This document shows positions 1-11,530 of a stretch of DNA of 64,000 nucleotides, one piece after another. A program made the translations under genes and the position numbers. Within the stretch, counting starts at the first letter, position 1. Each line of letters starts with the position of its first letter. Below the pieces are notes generated by a model. That model did no database searches. It saw only the letters and a list, made by a program, of their open reading frames with translations, and was not told where the DNA came from. The stretch covers positions 2,565,026 to 2,629,025 of the forward strand of contig MU053933.1 in assembly GCA_013239625.1 (NCBI GenBank), read 5' to 3'. Source of the stretch: Lama guanicoe (Eukaryota).

Positions 1-1251
1 TCTAAAGGCATCATTAACTTAACTAGAGGTTGGCACCTTTATTCACCAAATTTAGTGCCATTCAGAGGGCTAACCAGACTGGGCCCCTGACCTGGGCTCC
101 AGCGCGGCGTCCGGGCGGCTGCCCCACCTCCGGCCCGTGGGGCAGGCGGCCATGCTTTGGGCCTCCAGAAGCTGGGGCGCCGCTGGGGCAGCAGCATTTG
201 CTGAAAGTGGCTGTTCAAGTGGTGAAATAGCTTCCATGCGTGTCAGCTGGTAGTGCTTGTGGTTGTTTGATTTTTCTTTGGTTTGGGAGTTTCGAAATAT
301 CCATCTTCTCAGTGGTTCAATCAGTGGGATGAAACGTAGGGAGGCCAGCCGACCGCTTGTGCTCCATCTGTCGTGTGTGCAGCGGGAGGGCTGGTTTCCG
401 TGGCTCTGGGCCCTGTTCCTGTCCCTCCTGCCCTCAGTGGGCGGGTTTTACCCAGGCCTTCTCTGCGTGCGCCCTCGCAGAAGGATGCACGGAGGACGAG
501 GAGGACGCCTCTCTGAGCCTACCTCCAGGGGGCAGACGGAGGCACAGGCGAGGCCGGGGCATCGAGGCGGCTCCTGGGTGAGGTGTGGTGTTCAGGAAGG
601 CTCTCCGGACCAGGTGCTACGCTGAGGCCCAAAGCAGAGAGTGCACGCTTTGTGTCAGGAGAGGGACAGTCACGTTCCAGGGGGAGGGACAGCCTGCCGG
701 AGCCCTGCTCGCTGAAGTAACCGGGGCAGCAGCCCTGGTCGGGGTGGTGTGTGGGGCAGGGCGCCAGCTGTGCAGCTCTCTGGGCCAGGCCATGGGCCAG
801 GGCTGCAGCAGGGCTGGGGGGCTGGGACCAGGCGGGGGCTGAGAGAGTGGAGGGAGCCCAGGGGTGTCGGCGGAGTCAGCAGGCTTTGGGGACGGCTGGG
901 GTTGAGAAGGGCCCTTATAGCTGTGGATCGTCACGGCGCTGAGCCCGAGGGTCTGAGGGGAACTTGTTCCATTGTGGACGGCACTGGCTGTTGGATTCGG
1001 CTAAAATCGGCAGGTCACTTGTGCCTGGGCGTGTGACGTGCAGGGCATTTACTCTTATGTGCTTACGTGGGATCCGCAAGCCACAGAACGTGTTGTTTCA
1101 GGAACCTAGGCACTCTTGTGTCGAAACTCCCTTTAGGTGGAGCTGGCGCTCCCATCAGTTACTGCTCACTGGTCTCACGCAGGGGTGACGGCACCCCTGG
1201 TTTTCAGATCGGGAACTGACAGGGTCAGTCGCTTCTTGGGGAAGCTGGGTA

Positions 1252-1357
1252 CCATTTAGCTAATACTTACTAAGCTTTTGCTGTGTGTCAGGCATGGAGG
1301 AACCAGTTTAATCTAGTTTACTCCTGATGACAAGTTTTGGCGGTCCCCATTATGCAG
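1252..1357 (-). mobile_element. MIR SINE fragment
   Basis: 'tagctaatacttactaagcttttgctgtgtgtcaggcatg...ccccattatgcaga' resembles the reverse complement of the MIR core and 3' end. Confidence 0.55.
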
Positions 1358-1669
1358 AACCGTCATCGTCCCCTCTTCCCTGGCTCACCTGAGTAGCCCC
1401 CTCCCCTCCCCTCCATCCCCTCCTGTCTGTTCTTGACCGGCTGCCAAAGCCAAGCCTTAAATGGAGGACGGACCAGGCACCTTCCTCTCTCAGCCCTGTA
1501 ACTGCCGCATCCCAGAGGCCTCCCGCCTGCCGGCCCCTCGCTCACCCCTCCGGCTGTCTGGTGGGCTTCACTCCTCCACACACACCCTCCCCTCTGCACC
1601 CCTGCGGCCCTGCCGTGCGCGCCGTGGTCTCCCCTCTGCACGCCCCCCCCCCCGTCAGCCCGCCAGGCA

Positions 1670-1778
1670 AACTGGCGCCTCGGGAAGGCAGGGCTCCCGT
1701 GCTGTCTCTGTCCTAAGGGCGCAGAGCCATGCCTGGCGGATAGTAGGCACTCAGCCACGTTTGCCGTTTGGATGGATA
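1670..1778 (+). mobile_element. LINE-2 (L2) 3' end fragment
   Basis: 'gcagagccatgcctggcggatagtaggcactcagccacgtttgccgtttggatggat' matches the L2 terminus pattern (cacagtgcctggcacatagtaggcgctcaataaatatttgttgaatgaat). Confidence 0.6.
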
Positions 1779-2789
1779 ACCTTCCTCACTTCCAGTGTAG
1801 GTACTAGAACCCGATTCCACGCTGTTTGCCTGTGAAAGTGTGTCTCTTCTGCCTGAGCAGGCTGCACCCCCTGCTCCCATTGTGCTTGGTGAATCAGTCA
1901 TGTATTTATGCCCCATATGTCTGCGTCATCTCCAGATTTCTGTGCTTTTCTTTGTAGAACAGAAACATTTACAAAACATTCAGAATTACTCGAAAACCAT
2001 GGAGTGCAGAGCAGTCAGTTAATCTGTTGAAAGCGGGAAGTCCTCAGCTCGCCTGTTAGGCGACACGTGACGAAGTGCATTGTCGTGAGTGGTGGAGCAC
2101 CCATGACAGGGAAGGCATAGCTGTAAGTGCATCGTGACGACAGTGCGACTGTTTTGAGTAACTCTGGGAGGTTTCAGAAAAGCAGCCAAAAAGAAAAAAA
2201 ATACTTAATTCATTGTGGAGCCTCAGAGGATTTAAAAATTGGAAAGAACGTGGCTTAAAAGCTGTTTGGTGGGGAGCAAGTGGCAGAATTTACCGGAATT
2301 TGGGAAACTGGGCACTTAATCCCAGCCCTGCCTCTGACCTGGTGGGCTGCTCACTGCGTCGCCCGGGCAGGTTCCCTCAGTGTGTGTGTGGGGGGTGGCA
2401 CTGTCCCAGGGTCTCGCTGTTGCTGGAAGGCTGCAGGAGGAAGCTAACAGGCCCGAGGGCCTCGAGGGCCTGCAGGCGGCGCTCCGCGTGTGCTGGTCGG
2501 GGAAGCCCCGCGTGGGCCCGGAGCCCCTGCGGCTGCTGGGAATCCATACGCAGCCGGCACTCGGCGCAGTGTCCCGTCGTCCCCTCCCTCTGGTCCTGAG
2601 AGAGGCGGGTCGGGACAGGACCTGGGTTGGGGCCGTGGGCTCTGGCTCAGCAAGGAGACGCGAGGGCCCTTTCCCCGCTTGCCTAGTCCTCAGGGACAGA
2701 CTTGCTGGCTGCCCTGACCTTCGCGGGCCAGGGCGGCCTTCGCAGGCCTGCAGGTCTAGGGCGTGTCGAAGCCAACCAGACAATTCAGC

Positions 2790-2882
2790 GGGGGCAGGGG
2801 TGGGGCTCAGGGGCAGAGCGCGTGCTCAGCATGCACGAGGTCCTCGGTTCTGTCCCCGGTACCTCCGTTAAAGAAAAAAAAA
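2790..2882 (+). mobile_element. Camelid tRNA-derived SINE (Vic-1-like), GC-shifted copy
   Basis: 'ggggctcaggggcagagcgcgtgctcagcatgcacgaggtcctcggttctgtccccggtacctccgttaaagaaaaaaaaa'. It aligns without gaps to the copy at 42802-42874 (54/73 identical), with degenerate A and B boxes and an A-rich tail. Confidence 0.8.
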
Positions 2883-4837
2883 CCTGTGAGAAAAGGGTAA
2901 TTCAATAGTAGGTAGTGATTAGTTGGCCCCTCTTCTAACATTGTGCCCTTAGAAACCGAGTTGTTAACACGTGTACCCGCCGGGGTGGAGAATGAGTTTG
3001 AAAGTTGCGTTGCATTCGCGCCTTTACTCATGGGCAGTGAGCCTAAGTCCAGCTTCTTTCCTTGTCCTGGTTGCTAACAGCCCAGGTCCTCTGGCTCCCC
3101 GGGTGGCACCTCTCCTTGGCTGAGTGATGTCCTTGAGGAAAGGAACTTACTCCCGGAGGCGAGGCAGCGTCTCACCACTTGCGTGAGGCCGAGGGATGGC
3201 CACCATCCCTCGTTTCTGGGCGGACACTGTCGCCTCCTAACACCCAGCCCTCCTTCCCAGCCTCTTCCCTTTCCAGGGGTTGATTCTGCCAGACACCTGC
3301 TCTCAGGCAAGAGGTCTGTCTGTGTCAGGTCAGGGCGCCCGCGTCTTCCGTGTGCTGTGCTGGGAGAGGGCAGGGAATTGGACTCATCCAGGGGCTGTCC
3401 CCAGGGAGAGCGGGGAGGGGGTGCTGGGCGGCCGCAGGGCAGCCCCTGAGCCCTGCATGGAGGAGGAGGGAAAGTGCAGGTCGTGCAGACGCTTCACATG
3501 GCTTAGGCCTGAGCACAGTTTGAGGTCAGCCTGATAGAGGGACAGTTCTGGGGACTTCCGTGCCCGGGCCACGGCTTGAATAGCCCTGATTTGACGGTTT
3601 GTGTCTGTTCTACTCTAGGTACGAATGAAATTAATTCTATCAAATGCGTATTTATTAGCCTCGATCACTCTGAGTTCGAGTCCTTTTCTGAGCAGGAACC
3701 TCCCCAAAATAACCGTCAGAAGGAACCACCGTTCCTGGGCTGGGCGTCTGTGTCTGGTCTCACAACGTGCCTCCTAGGACACAGCGCTCTTGGCGGGTGC
3801 TTCAGGGGAGCAGCTTTTCTTTCTTAGTGTGTTAAAACTTTGCTTTCATTAAAAAGCTGTCAAAACATTTAACGATCCTCATGTGACGAGTTTTTTGAAT
3901 TAACAGCCCGGGCAAGCGACACAGTAAACGGTGACAAGTCAGGCTGTGGGTAGAAGCGAGGTTAGGAGGTGGGCTGCGAGCGCTTAATTCGGGGAGAGTG
4001 GGGCTCATGGGAGCGAGTCATCGGCTTTCAGAGCTGTGATGGTTTGGGGTCACAGTGCAACTTAGATTTGACCATCAGTGAGACCCTGTGGAAAAACCCC
4101 ACTTGTGCCAAGTTCCGGCAGCTTTGGAAGTGGTGCGGTGCAGACCTGCGTGTCAGGACTGCTGGCTCGTCCTTTGGAATAGGGGGCGTGTGCCGTGTCA
4201 GCCAAGTGCAGACCAGGGTCAGTCGCGTCTTCTGACTCCCACCCTGGGGGTTTCCTCTCCGGGTTCCTGGTGTCGTGTGTGGTAGCTCGTTTTCACCCAC
4301 GTGCAGATGAGTGAGTGAGACGCGTTCGATCATTCCACAGTGAAGCTTTCTGTTCTCCGGCTTTGTTCTCTAATAAAACCGAGGATCTTGACGACATCCC
4401 CATTGGAGGAGCAGCCCCGCCCGCTCCCGCCCCGCTCCCCTGGTTCTGCGGGGTGGGTTGGCGCAGGGGCACGGAGGCGCGCTTGCTGAAGGCCAGCCTC
4501 TCTCACCGAAAGCCCTTGCTGTGGGGAAGGGAGGGCTTTCCTTTTAGTTAACCAAGACTTTCTGCCTCGATGGAGCGTGGGAAGGGGCGTCGGATCCTCG
4601 GGACAGAACTGTGCTGTGAGTGGTGCTGGGGGAGGGCAGTGCCGTGGGATGGTGCGGTCAGCATGGCGCCTGTCGCGGGGAGGAGTCACCTGCGTGTCCC
4701 CGGGCTTGCTGTGGCTGAAGAAGCTGCAGGTGGCACGTGTGGTCAGCTCATGGTCTGGGTGTTCATCCTCGAGCGCTCGGGAAGGTGCGGGCGGGTGTGG
4801 AAGGCGGGGAGGTACCATGAGGAGGCTCTGTCTTCTC

Positions 4838-5240
4838 TTGTTTTAAAAGCTGCCGTGAGAGTCACCCTCAGTACGTGGACAGGTCAGCGATTTTCATGAA
4901 TTTCTAAGCTGTGCAGCTATCACCACAGTCCAGTTGTAAAACGTCTCCATTACCCCAAAGTGCTCCTTGTGTTTGCTTGTGGTTAGTCCCCATTCCCACC
5001 TGCCGCCATTGGCGACTGCCGGCTGCTTGCTGTCCTATAGGTGTGCCTTTGACAGCACTCTGCTGAGCGGGGTAACGCATCCTTTTTATCCTTCCAGTGG
5101 GGTGGGCGTCTGGACTGTGTCCCCTTTTTGACTCTGTCAATAATGCAGCTCTGAACATGAGCATGCGCATCCTTGTGGCCCAGGCTTGGCCTGGCGTCAG
5201 GGTGGCAGCACGTCTGATGGTGGTGGCGCTGGATAGCCGC
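4838..5240 (-). mobile_element. Ancient L1M (L1MB/ME-type) 3' end fragment
   Basis: 'gctgtgcagctatcaccacagtccagttgtaaaacgtctccattaccccaaag' and 'aataatgcagctctgaacatgagcatgcgcatcc' are typical antisense L1M 3' UTR motifs. Confidence 0.65.
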
Positions 5241-6469
5241 CGTGGGACCCCGGGCTCCTCCTCGGGCCTGTCTCCACGTGTGCGCGGGGCTTCTGGGATC
5301 ACCCGGCCCTGTTACTTCCGGGACGAAGTACCGTGGGCGGAGCGTCCGGCACAGGCTGCTCGAGTGTCTTACCTCGCCGCCCTGCTTGCGCTGGATGCTG
5401 AGCCCCCAGCGGGTGCACTCTTCCCCGTGTTCCGCCTGCAGCCTCCCTCCGCAGAGGAGGTCCGCGAAGGACTGGCAGGCATGTTAAACGCCACAGCCAG
5501 CCTGCAGAACCTCGTCCTCTCCATGCCTAGATGGAGCAGTCGCACTTCTAGGAATTGAGCCCCAGGACACGCCTCCAACAAGACGAAAGCACACGTGGAA
5601 ATACCCTAGCCGTCCATTCCGGCTCGGGCGAGGCAGCTCTGGCTGGCCACACCACGAAGAGCCATGGGGGGCGGGCGGGGCTCGCTCTGTGAACTGATCG
5701 GAGGTGATTCTGAGAACGTGCAGGAAGTGAGCAGGGCAGAGAGCCCGACGGCGTCTGGTGTGCCTCGCTCCACGTGAGAAACCTGCATACCTGCGCCTCC
5801 GGCCGAAATGGATGCGGGCAGGGTGCGCAGAACCAGAGAGCCGGGCCCCGCAGGTCAGGGCGGCTGGGGCTTCTCTGGGTGGACCGCTCAGTACAGCCCG
5901 GCTCTTGGAACCACAGACCCAAAGACAAAATAAATGAACATTAGCCAGGATGTGGGGGAGCCGGGGTGGAATGCAGACTGACCGAAGCTCAGTGTAGGAC
6001 AGAGCAGCAGCAGAGCCGCAGCGGGGGTGGGGGCACGGGAGGAAGGAGTAGCCCGGTTTGGGGAAACCGTATTTTGACTAGATTCTGTGAGGCTGCAGAC
6101 GAAAGGGCTGTACACAGTCCTGTCTGTCTGTTTCTCTCAGGGCAAGGTTGGCCGTGTGAGCATGTTACACGAGGACTGAACAGCAAACGTGTGGTGGGGA
6201 GGAGAGCCCGGAGGGAGCTGCAGACCAGGGGAGGGGACCATTGACCCGCGTGGACAGATGGGTCCAGGGCTGAGGAGGGTGTCAGCATGCGTGCACAGCT
6301 CACTCTGTCCCGAGCGCACCCAAATACCCTCTCCGAGCCGACAAGCAGGGCTTGGAACGCCTCGTGGTGCAGAAAGACGTGCTCAGAGAGCATCGGGCGT
6401 GGGGGGGGGGCACGGGGACTGCCGGAATGGGAGAGGCGCCTGGGCTGGCCACCCTGAGCAAAGACGTGG

Positions 6470-7200
6470 ATAAATGATATTGGTTTATAATCTGTAGAAT
6501 ACAGTAAGTACCCATCAGTCCATGCTGATGTAAATAAGCCACTGAATAAGTAAGTGGGGAGAGGGCACTGGAGCGTTCCAGTTCGTCAACAGACAAGGAA
6601 CGAGGAAACAGGAAACCGCCGTGCGGCGGACACCGTGGTAGTAGGCACTTCAGGCAAGACCCAGGACTGAGGCGAAAGTCTGAGGAGAAACAGGATATGT
6701 GCCTGGTGTCAAAGTAGCTCTTCCTCAAGTTATTTACTTATTGAAAAGGGAAAAGTAGTAACTTTAGAGTGGAGAAGGCCAGCAGATACCACCTCAGCCG
6801 AGCGATCAAGGCCACGTCGCCTGTGGTAAGACAGCGGCCCGTCGCATCCTCCCTGACACCACGCGGGCACCCTCTCGCCGGGGTCCTTGCCACAGGTGCG
6901 CAGTCACGCCTGTGGTGTGACCACCAGGAGACAGTAGGAGGACTCCAGCAGAGGATGTCCCGAGACGCAGGAGGGAGTGAGGGGCCTCAGGGGACACGGC
7001 GGGGAGAGGCTGCCTGGGTCTGGAGAGGGCCGAGTAGAGAGGACACAGGGCAAAACCGGCAGAACCTGAGTCCGGTCGGTGGTGGAGCTGATGCCGGTGT
7101 CCTGTGTTGAGTTCCTAATTTTGGTGGCTGTCCAGCGATGCTGTCAGATGTGGCCGTCGGGGGAAGCTGGGCGGAGGGCTCGGGCGGGCTGTCCGCCTTC
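6470..7200 (+). mobile_element. L1MC4-like 3' end
   Basis: 'aaagggaaaagtagtaactttagagtggagaaggccagcagataccacctcagccgagcgatcaag' and 'gttcctaattttggtggctgt...gggggaagctgggcggaggg' match recalled L1MC4 3' UTR motifs. Confidence 0.7.
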
Positions 7201-7439
7201 CGGCTGCCCCGCGCCCCGCTGACGCTCCTGCGGCCTGCCGCTCGGGAGGAGGCGGAGTCCTCGCGCTGAGTGGTCCGGGCGCCTCGAGCCCCGGTGTGCA
7301 GCGGTCTGGGGTGTGCTTCCCACGCCGGGGTGGGGGGCATGGGCACAGTTCTGTGAAAGGGGGCCGTCAGCGCTGCCTGGTTCCAGTGGGAAGAGGCGCT
7401 GTGACCCGGGCAGTGACTGCCGGAGGCGCCTCTCACGTG

Positions 7440-8345
7440 GCTGTGGATGCTCTGGTAGGCTTCCCTTGGCCTTTTCATTGTGTTATTTTTGTCCAAAGAG
7501 AAACTTTAAGTTTTTATATATTCAGAGGTACCAGTCTTTCCCTTTATGACTTTTGGACTGAGGCGCATCTGAGAACGTTTTCCTACATCAGGAGGCGTTC
7601 TTCTTTAATCTCTTCCAGCAGGTCTGTGTTCTGTTTTCCACATTTAGCCTATTGATTTATGTGAAATCTGTTTTTACACAATCTGAGGTCAGCACCTGAT
7701 ATTTTTTTCCGGTTGGCTAGCCAGTGGCCGCAGTCATTGCGTGGTCTGCCCTTTGCCCAGCGATCAGAAGTGCCACTCGCATCCTATATTGAGTCCCTTC
7801 TTCGGAAGGGTGCGTTCCCAGTTGCCTGTCACTGCTGTATAGGAGGCTGTTGAGTTTTGAATGTGGACTTTGTCCCCACCCATCATTTGTGTCCCACGTT
7901 TTCTAGGGAGGGTCAGGTTGTGCAGGCGGTGCCTCTTCCTCTCTGAGTTTTGCGCTGTCCCCGGCTCCCTGGCCAGGACATGAGGCACCAGGCCGAGCCG
8001 GCTGGAGCAGTGGGGGCGGCCGGCAGGCGGACACTGCTCCGGCTCTGGCATTAGCGGGGACGCCTCTGATGCTCCCTCTGCAGGAGGGATGCTCACTGCC
8101 CTCGCCTTGTTCGTGCCCTTCATCTAACTAAGCAAGTTGCTGCCCTCCTTTGCTGAGAGCTTTTAAAAAATAAACTTTATCATGTACAGCAGCAGAATTT
8201 TATTGTTTGGTTTTTCTGCATCTGCTGAAATGATCGTGTGGTTTCCCTCCAATCTGTTAATACAGTAAATTTCATTCATAGATTTCCTGATGATAAACTT
8301 TTCGTTCTCAGGGAAAACCTTACTTTACTTTTAACACACTGAGAA
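7440..8345 (-). mobile_element. Ancient L1M ORF2-region fragment, decayed
   Basis: 'gaaactttaagttttata', 'ttccacatttagcctattgatttatgtgaaatctgttttt' and 'ttttctgcatctgctgaaatgatcgtgtggtttccctccaatctgttaatacagtaaatttcattcatagatttcctgatg' are antisense L1 ORF2 motifs. Confidence 0.7.
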
Positions 8346-8444
8346 TTAAATTTGCTACTTATTTAAATATTTTCTTTTTTTTTCCAGAATTTTTCTTCTT
8401 TTTTTCTTTTTCTGAGATAGAGTTTACATATCTTAAGGTACCTG

Positions 8445-8645
8445 CAGTGGTATGCTGATAAATGTTTAACGAATGGCTTTCTTGGGAGGGGGTTGTAAAA
8501 AGCCCTGATTTGTAGCATTTTCCAACTTCTGTGGCATAAATATTCTTGCCATTACCTATTTCAGGCTCCCAGTGAGCTGTGGCAGGCTGGCCCACAACAT
8601 TCCTGAAACCCAGCACCCTCTCTTGAGCTGGTAGGAGCCGGCAGG
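8445..8645. mobile_element. MER63-like hAT (Blackjack) non-autonomous DNA transposon
   Basis: Begins 'cagtggtatgctgataaatgtttaac', contains the diagnostic 'gccctgatttgtagcattttccaacttctgtggcataaatattcttgccat', and ends 'tctcttgagctggtaggagccggc'. Confidence 0.75.
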
Positions 8646-9064
8646 GCAGCTGTGAGCTTGGTGACTTTGGGCTGTGTGTGACCACATGACCGTCTCCACC
8701 ATCCTCCCATCCCTCTTCTGCCTGTCTGCATCAGCACCCACCTCCCGGGGAGCCACCGGTCTGACCTCGGTCACCCTCGTGTCCTCGCCTCCGTCTGGGA
8801 GACCTAGCGTTCTGTTCTGTGCAGTCACAGCTCCTCATTTTCCCCCGAGGACTGCCTCGGCCACCTCACTTACAGACAGTCAAGTGCTGGGCTCACAGTG
8901 AGTTTATTGAAAGGTTGAGCCTCTGACTCATGGTTATTACTGTGGCACGAACTTTATTTAGAAAACTGTAGCTTCTGTGATAGTCACTTTCCTTAAATCT
9001 AAAGGGTCGCTAGCATCTTATATTTGTGTAGCTTTTCATCTTCATTAGTATAAATTTAACCTTT

Positions 9065-9192
9065 TTTATTCATCTATTTTTGCAATCATTTGACAGGTGT
9101 TTTTTGAGTACCTACTCTGTGTCATTTTAGATGGCAGAGGTGTAGCAGTGAAAAAATAACTCAGCCTCTTTCCTCGTGGCACGTAGGCTCTG
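9065..9192 (-). mobile_element. L2 3' end fragment
   Basis: 'tcatttgacaggtgttttttgagtacctactctgtgtc...gtagcagtgaaaaaa...cctcgtggcacgtaggctctg' is the reverse complement of the L2 terminus. Confidence 0.6.
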
Positions 9193-11139
9193 ATATATCT
9201 TCAAGTTGTGAGTTTTTCTCATCTGTCTGTCCTCCCCACTTTTCTCCTTACTCAGACATCTCCTTGTCTTTGCCCCTGGTACTAACTTAAATCAACCCTG
9301 GATTAATTCGATTTCTTCTGCTGCTTTAGCTTTGAAATTCCCTGCTTTGATGCCACTTGGCGTTTAGCTTAACTACTATATAGTTATTTCTGCTTTTCCC
9401 ACATCCTCACAATGAAAAAGCAAAGGAATTGCATCTGGTGGTTTTTTTTATTAGGAAAGGCCGATGTTTTAAAAGTGTCGTGACAGTAGACTAACAGGGC
9501 AAGTTTAGTGTGGTGACACCGTTTACAGTGTGGGGACAAGCGTGTGGCCTTCCACTGCAGTTCTGGGGCTGGCAGACTCGCTCCCCACCAGTGTGGCTTC
9601 TGTCTAGCTCCTGAGGGCGCTGGGGTGCGTCGGGCTACGCCTTCTGGCAGCCGGGTGGCTCTGAAGGCTGGGCGTCTGGTCACCGGTGTCTGCGCGTTTG
9701 CTGCACGCTTTGGCATCAGGCAGAATGGAGGTGGCTGGGACTCAGGTCCCCATCCCCCTGAGGGCTGCAATCCAGGGAGAGCAGTGGGGGGTCTCCCTGG
9801 GGGAGGAGGAGCTGGAGGACCTCCATCCAGGGTAGCCAGCATGGTGGGTGGGCCGGGAAATCTGGATGCAGGCCAGTGGACCTCAGAAACTCACCTGCTC
9901 GTCCTGCTAAGCTGGTTTGAATTTCTGCCTCTTTAATCCTTTGCAAAGTTAATTTGTCTTTAATTTGAAAGTATCTTATTTTAACAGGAGGAAATGATTC
10001 TAATTCATTTATTCAGACAACTTACAAGGCCTTAGAGATGAACTTCCCTCACTCCCGCAGGAGGGCGCTGAGGAACGGCTGTGTGTGAGAGCGCGGTGTG
10101 TGGCTCTTGGCTCCTAGCCCGTGAGCGTCTGTCTGCGGACAAGAACCTTTGGAGGAGGGACCGGTCACTCTGCTGCTGGGGCCGTCGGTCCAGAAGGTGT
10201 GGCCTGGCCTCAGCCAAGATCCAAAGCCAACACACATTTTCTTTCCGCACCCCGCCCTGCGTGGCACCTTCAGCACCCTGGGCCTCTGCTGAGGATGGAG
10301 AGGAAGCGCGAGGCTTCTGTCTGTCAGGTGACTGTGACCTCCCACGCGTGCTGACTGAGCTGGCCTCCTTACTCTTTTGACCATGTTGCAACTGCCTGAT
10401 GAGGCGGTTTAAAAACGGATATCAAAGAAACAATTTTTCATGGTAAAAATGCCTTTTTCTTGTATAGTTAAGCTTTGGAACTTAGTCTTTGAAGGTAGCA
10501 AATGGGGATGGAGCATTAATCTGAAGGGCGAGCCCTCTTAGATCACCTTCACATTTTACAAAGTGTCAAAATCACTTTTGACAACAGTGTGGCGCTCCTA
10601 CTGGGTTTTAAAAAGTGGATTACATCTCATTTGTATCTGTGCTTAAATTTATAAGTCAGCCTGATACTAACAGTGTCCCAGAATAGGAAAGACAAACATC
10701 CTTCTGTAAACGTTACCGTGATGAGCAGATTAGGGCTCGCGCCACAACACAGCAGACGAGGCAGAGGAAGTCGTGGTGCTCTTGATCGCTCAAACCTGAC
10801 TCTTCACTTGAGTAATTATTTAAAAGACGTTTAGTAGATTAAGCCTCTCCATCCTATAGAATAGGAGTAATTCATCATCACACAGTTTTGTACTTTTTAG
10901 CTTTTTCTTCAAGGTTGGTTCTAGGTCCTAAAGATGTCAAAACTAGCATCACATCTAGTTTTCTAAGGACAGGGAACTCTATCCTGCTTTCCAGGGCCAA
11001 CAGGGTAATCTGTTAGGAGGCCACTGAAACCCCTTTGGTGAGTCTCAGCCGCCCCCCCCCCCTTTACACAATAGGCGCAGTGAAAACCAGGAAACCGAGG
11101 CTCTGAGATAAGCTGGTCTCGGGAGGAAGGAAGCAGCGC

Positions 11140-11530
11140 GGCTCCTGACAGAGTGCGGGGGCCGCACCCGCCCTCTGTGATCCCGGCCATGGGGGACCCC
11201 TCCCCCCGCATGGGGGGCAGACTGCGTGTGCACCCAGCAGGGTGGATGCCGGCTCTGCGCGCTTCCCAGGGCCGCGGGGGTCCCTGCAGCTCGCCACGCC
11301 GCGCCGCGCCGGCCTGGCTGTTGCTCCCATCGGCCTGGCTGTCGCTCCCATCGGCCCGTTTCCCGAAGCGCCCACTGGCACCCCCGGCAGCGGAAGAGGG
11401 CGGTGGCATCCTGCGGGGCCGAGCCCTCCGAGCGCCACCCTCTTCCTCCGCCGCCCTCACCCTTCGTCTGTGCTTCTAGAAGGAGGTCGCATCCTGGGTG
11501 GTAAGGCTGGGGGCACGCGACCCGGGACCC
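11140..11530. promoter_or_regulatory. CpG-island-like segment containing a 21-bp tandem duplication (11310-11351)
   Basis: Dense CpG and GCC runs ('cgccacgccgcgccgcgccggcc'). The unit 'cggcctggctgt(t/c)gctcccat' occurs twice. Regulatory function is not shown. Confidence 0.35.

Noticed and set aside
31-60. Small hairpin tggcac...gtgcca, considered as a miRNA or terminator
   Set aside because: It has only a 6-bp stem with an 18-nt loop, which is too short for a pre-miRNA and expected by chance.
11310-11351. Short direct repeats considered as CRISPR-like or other prokaryotic arrays
   Set aside because: They are two-copy tandem duplications without spacers in eukaryotic DNA, with no cas or operon context.
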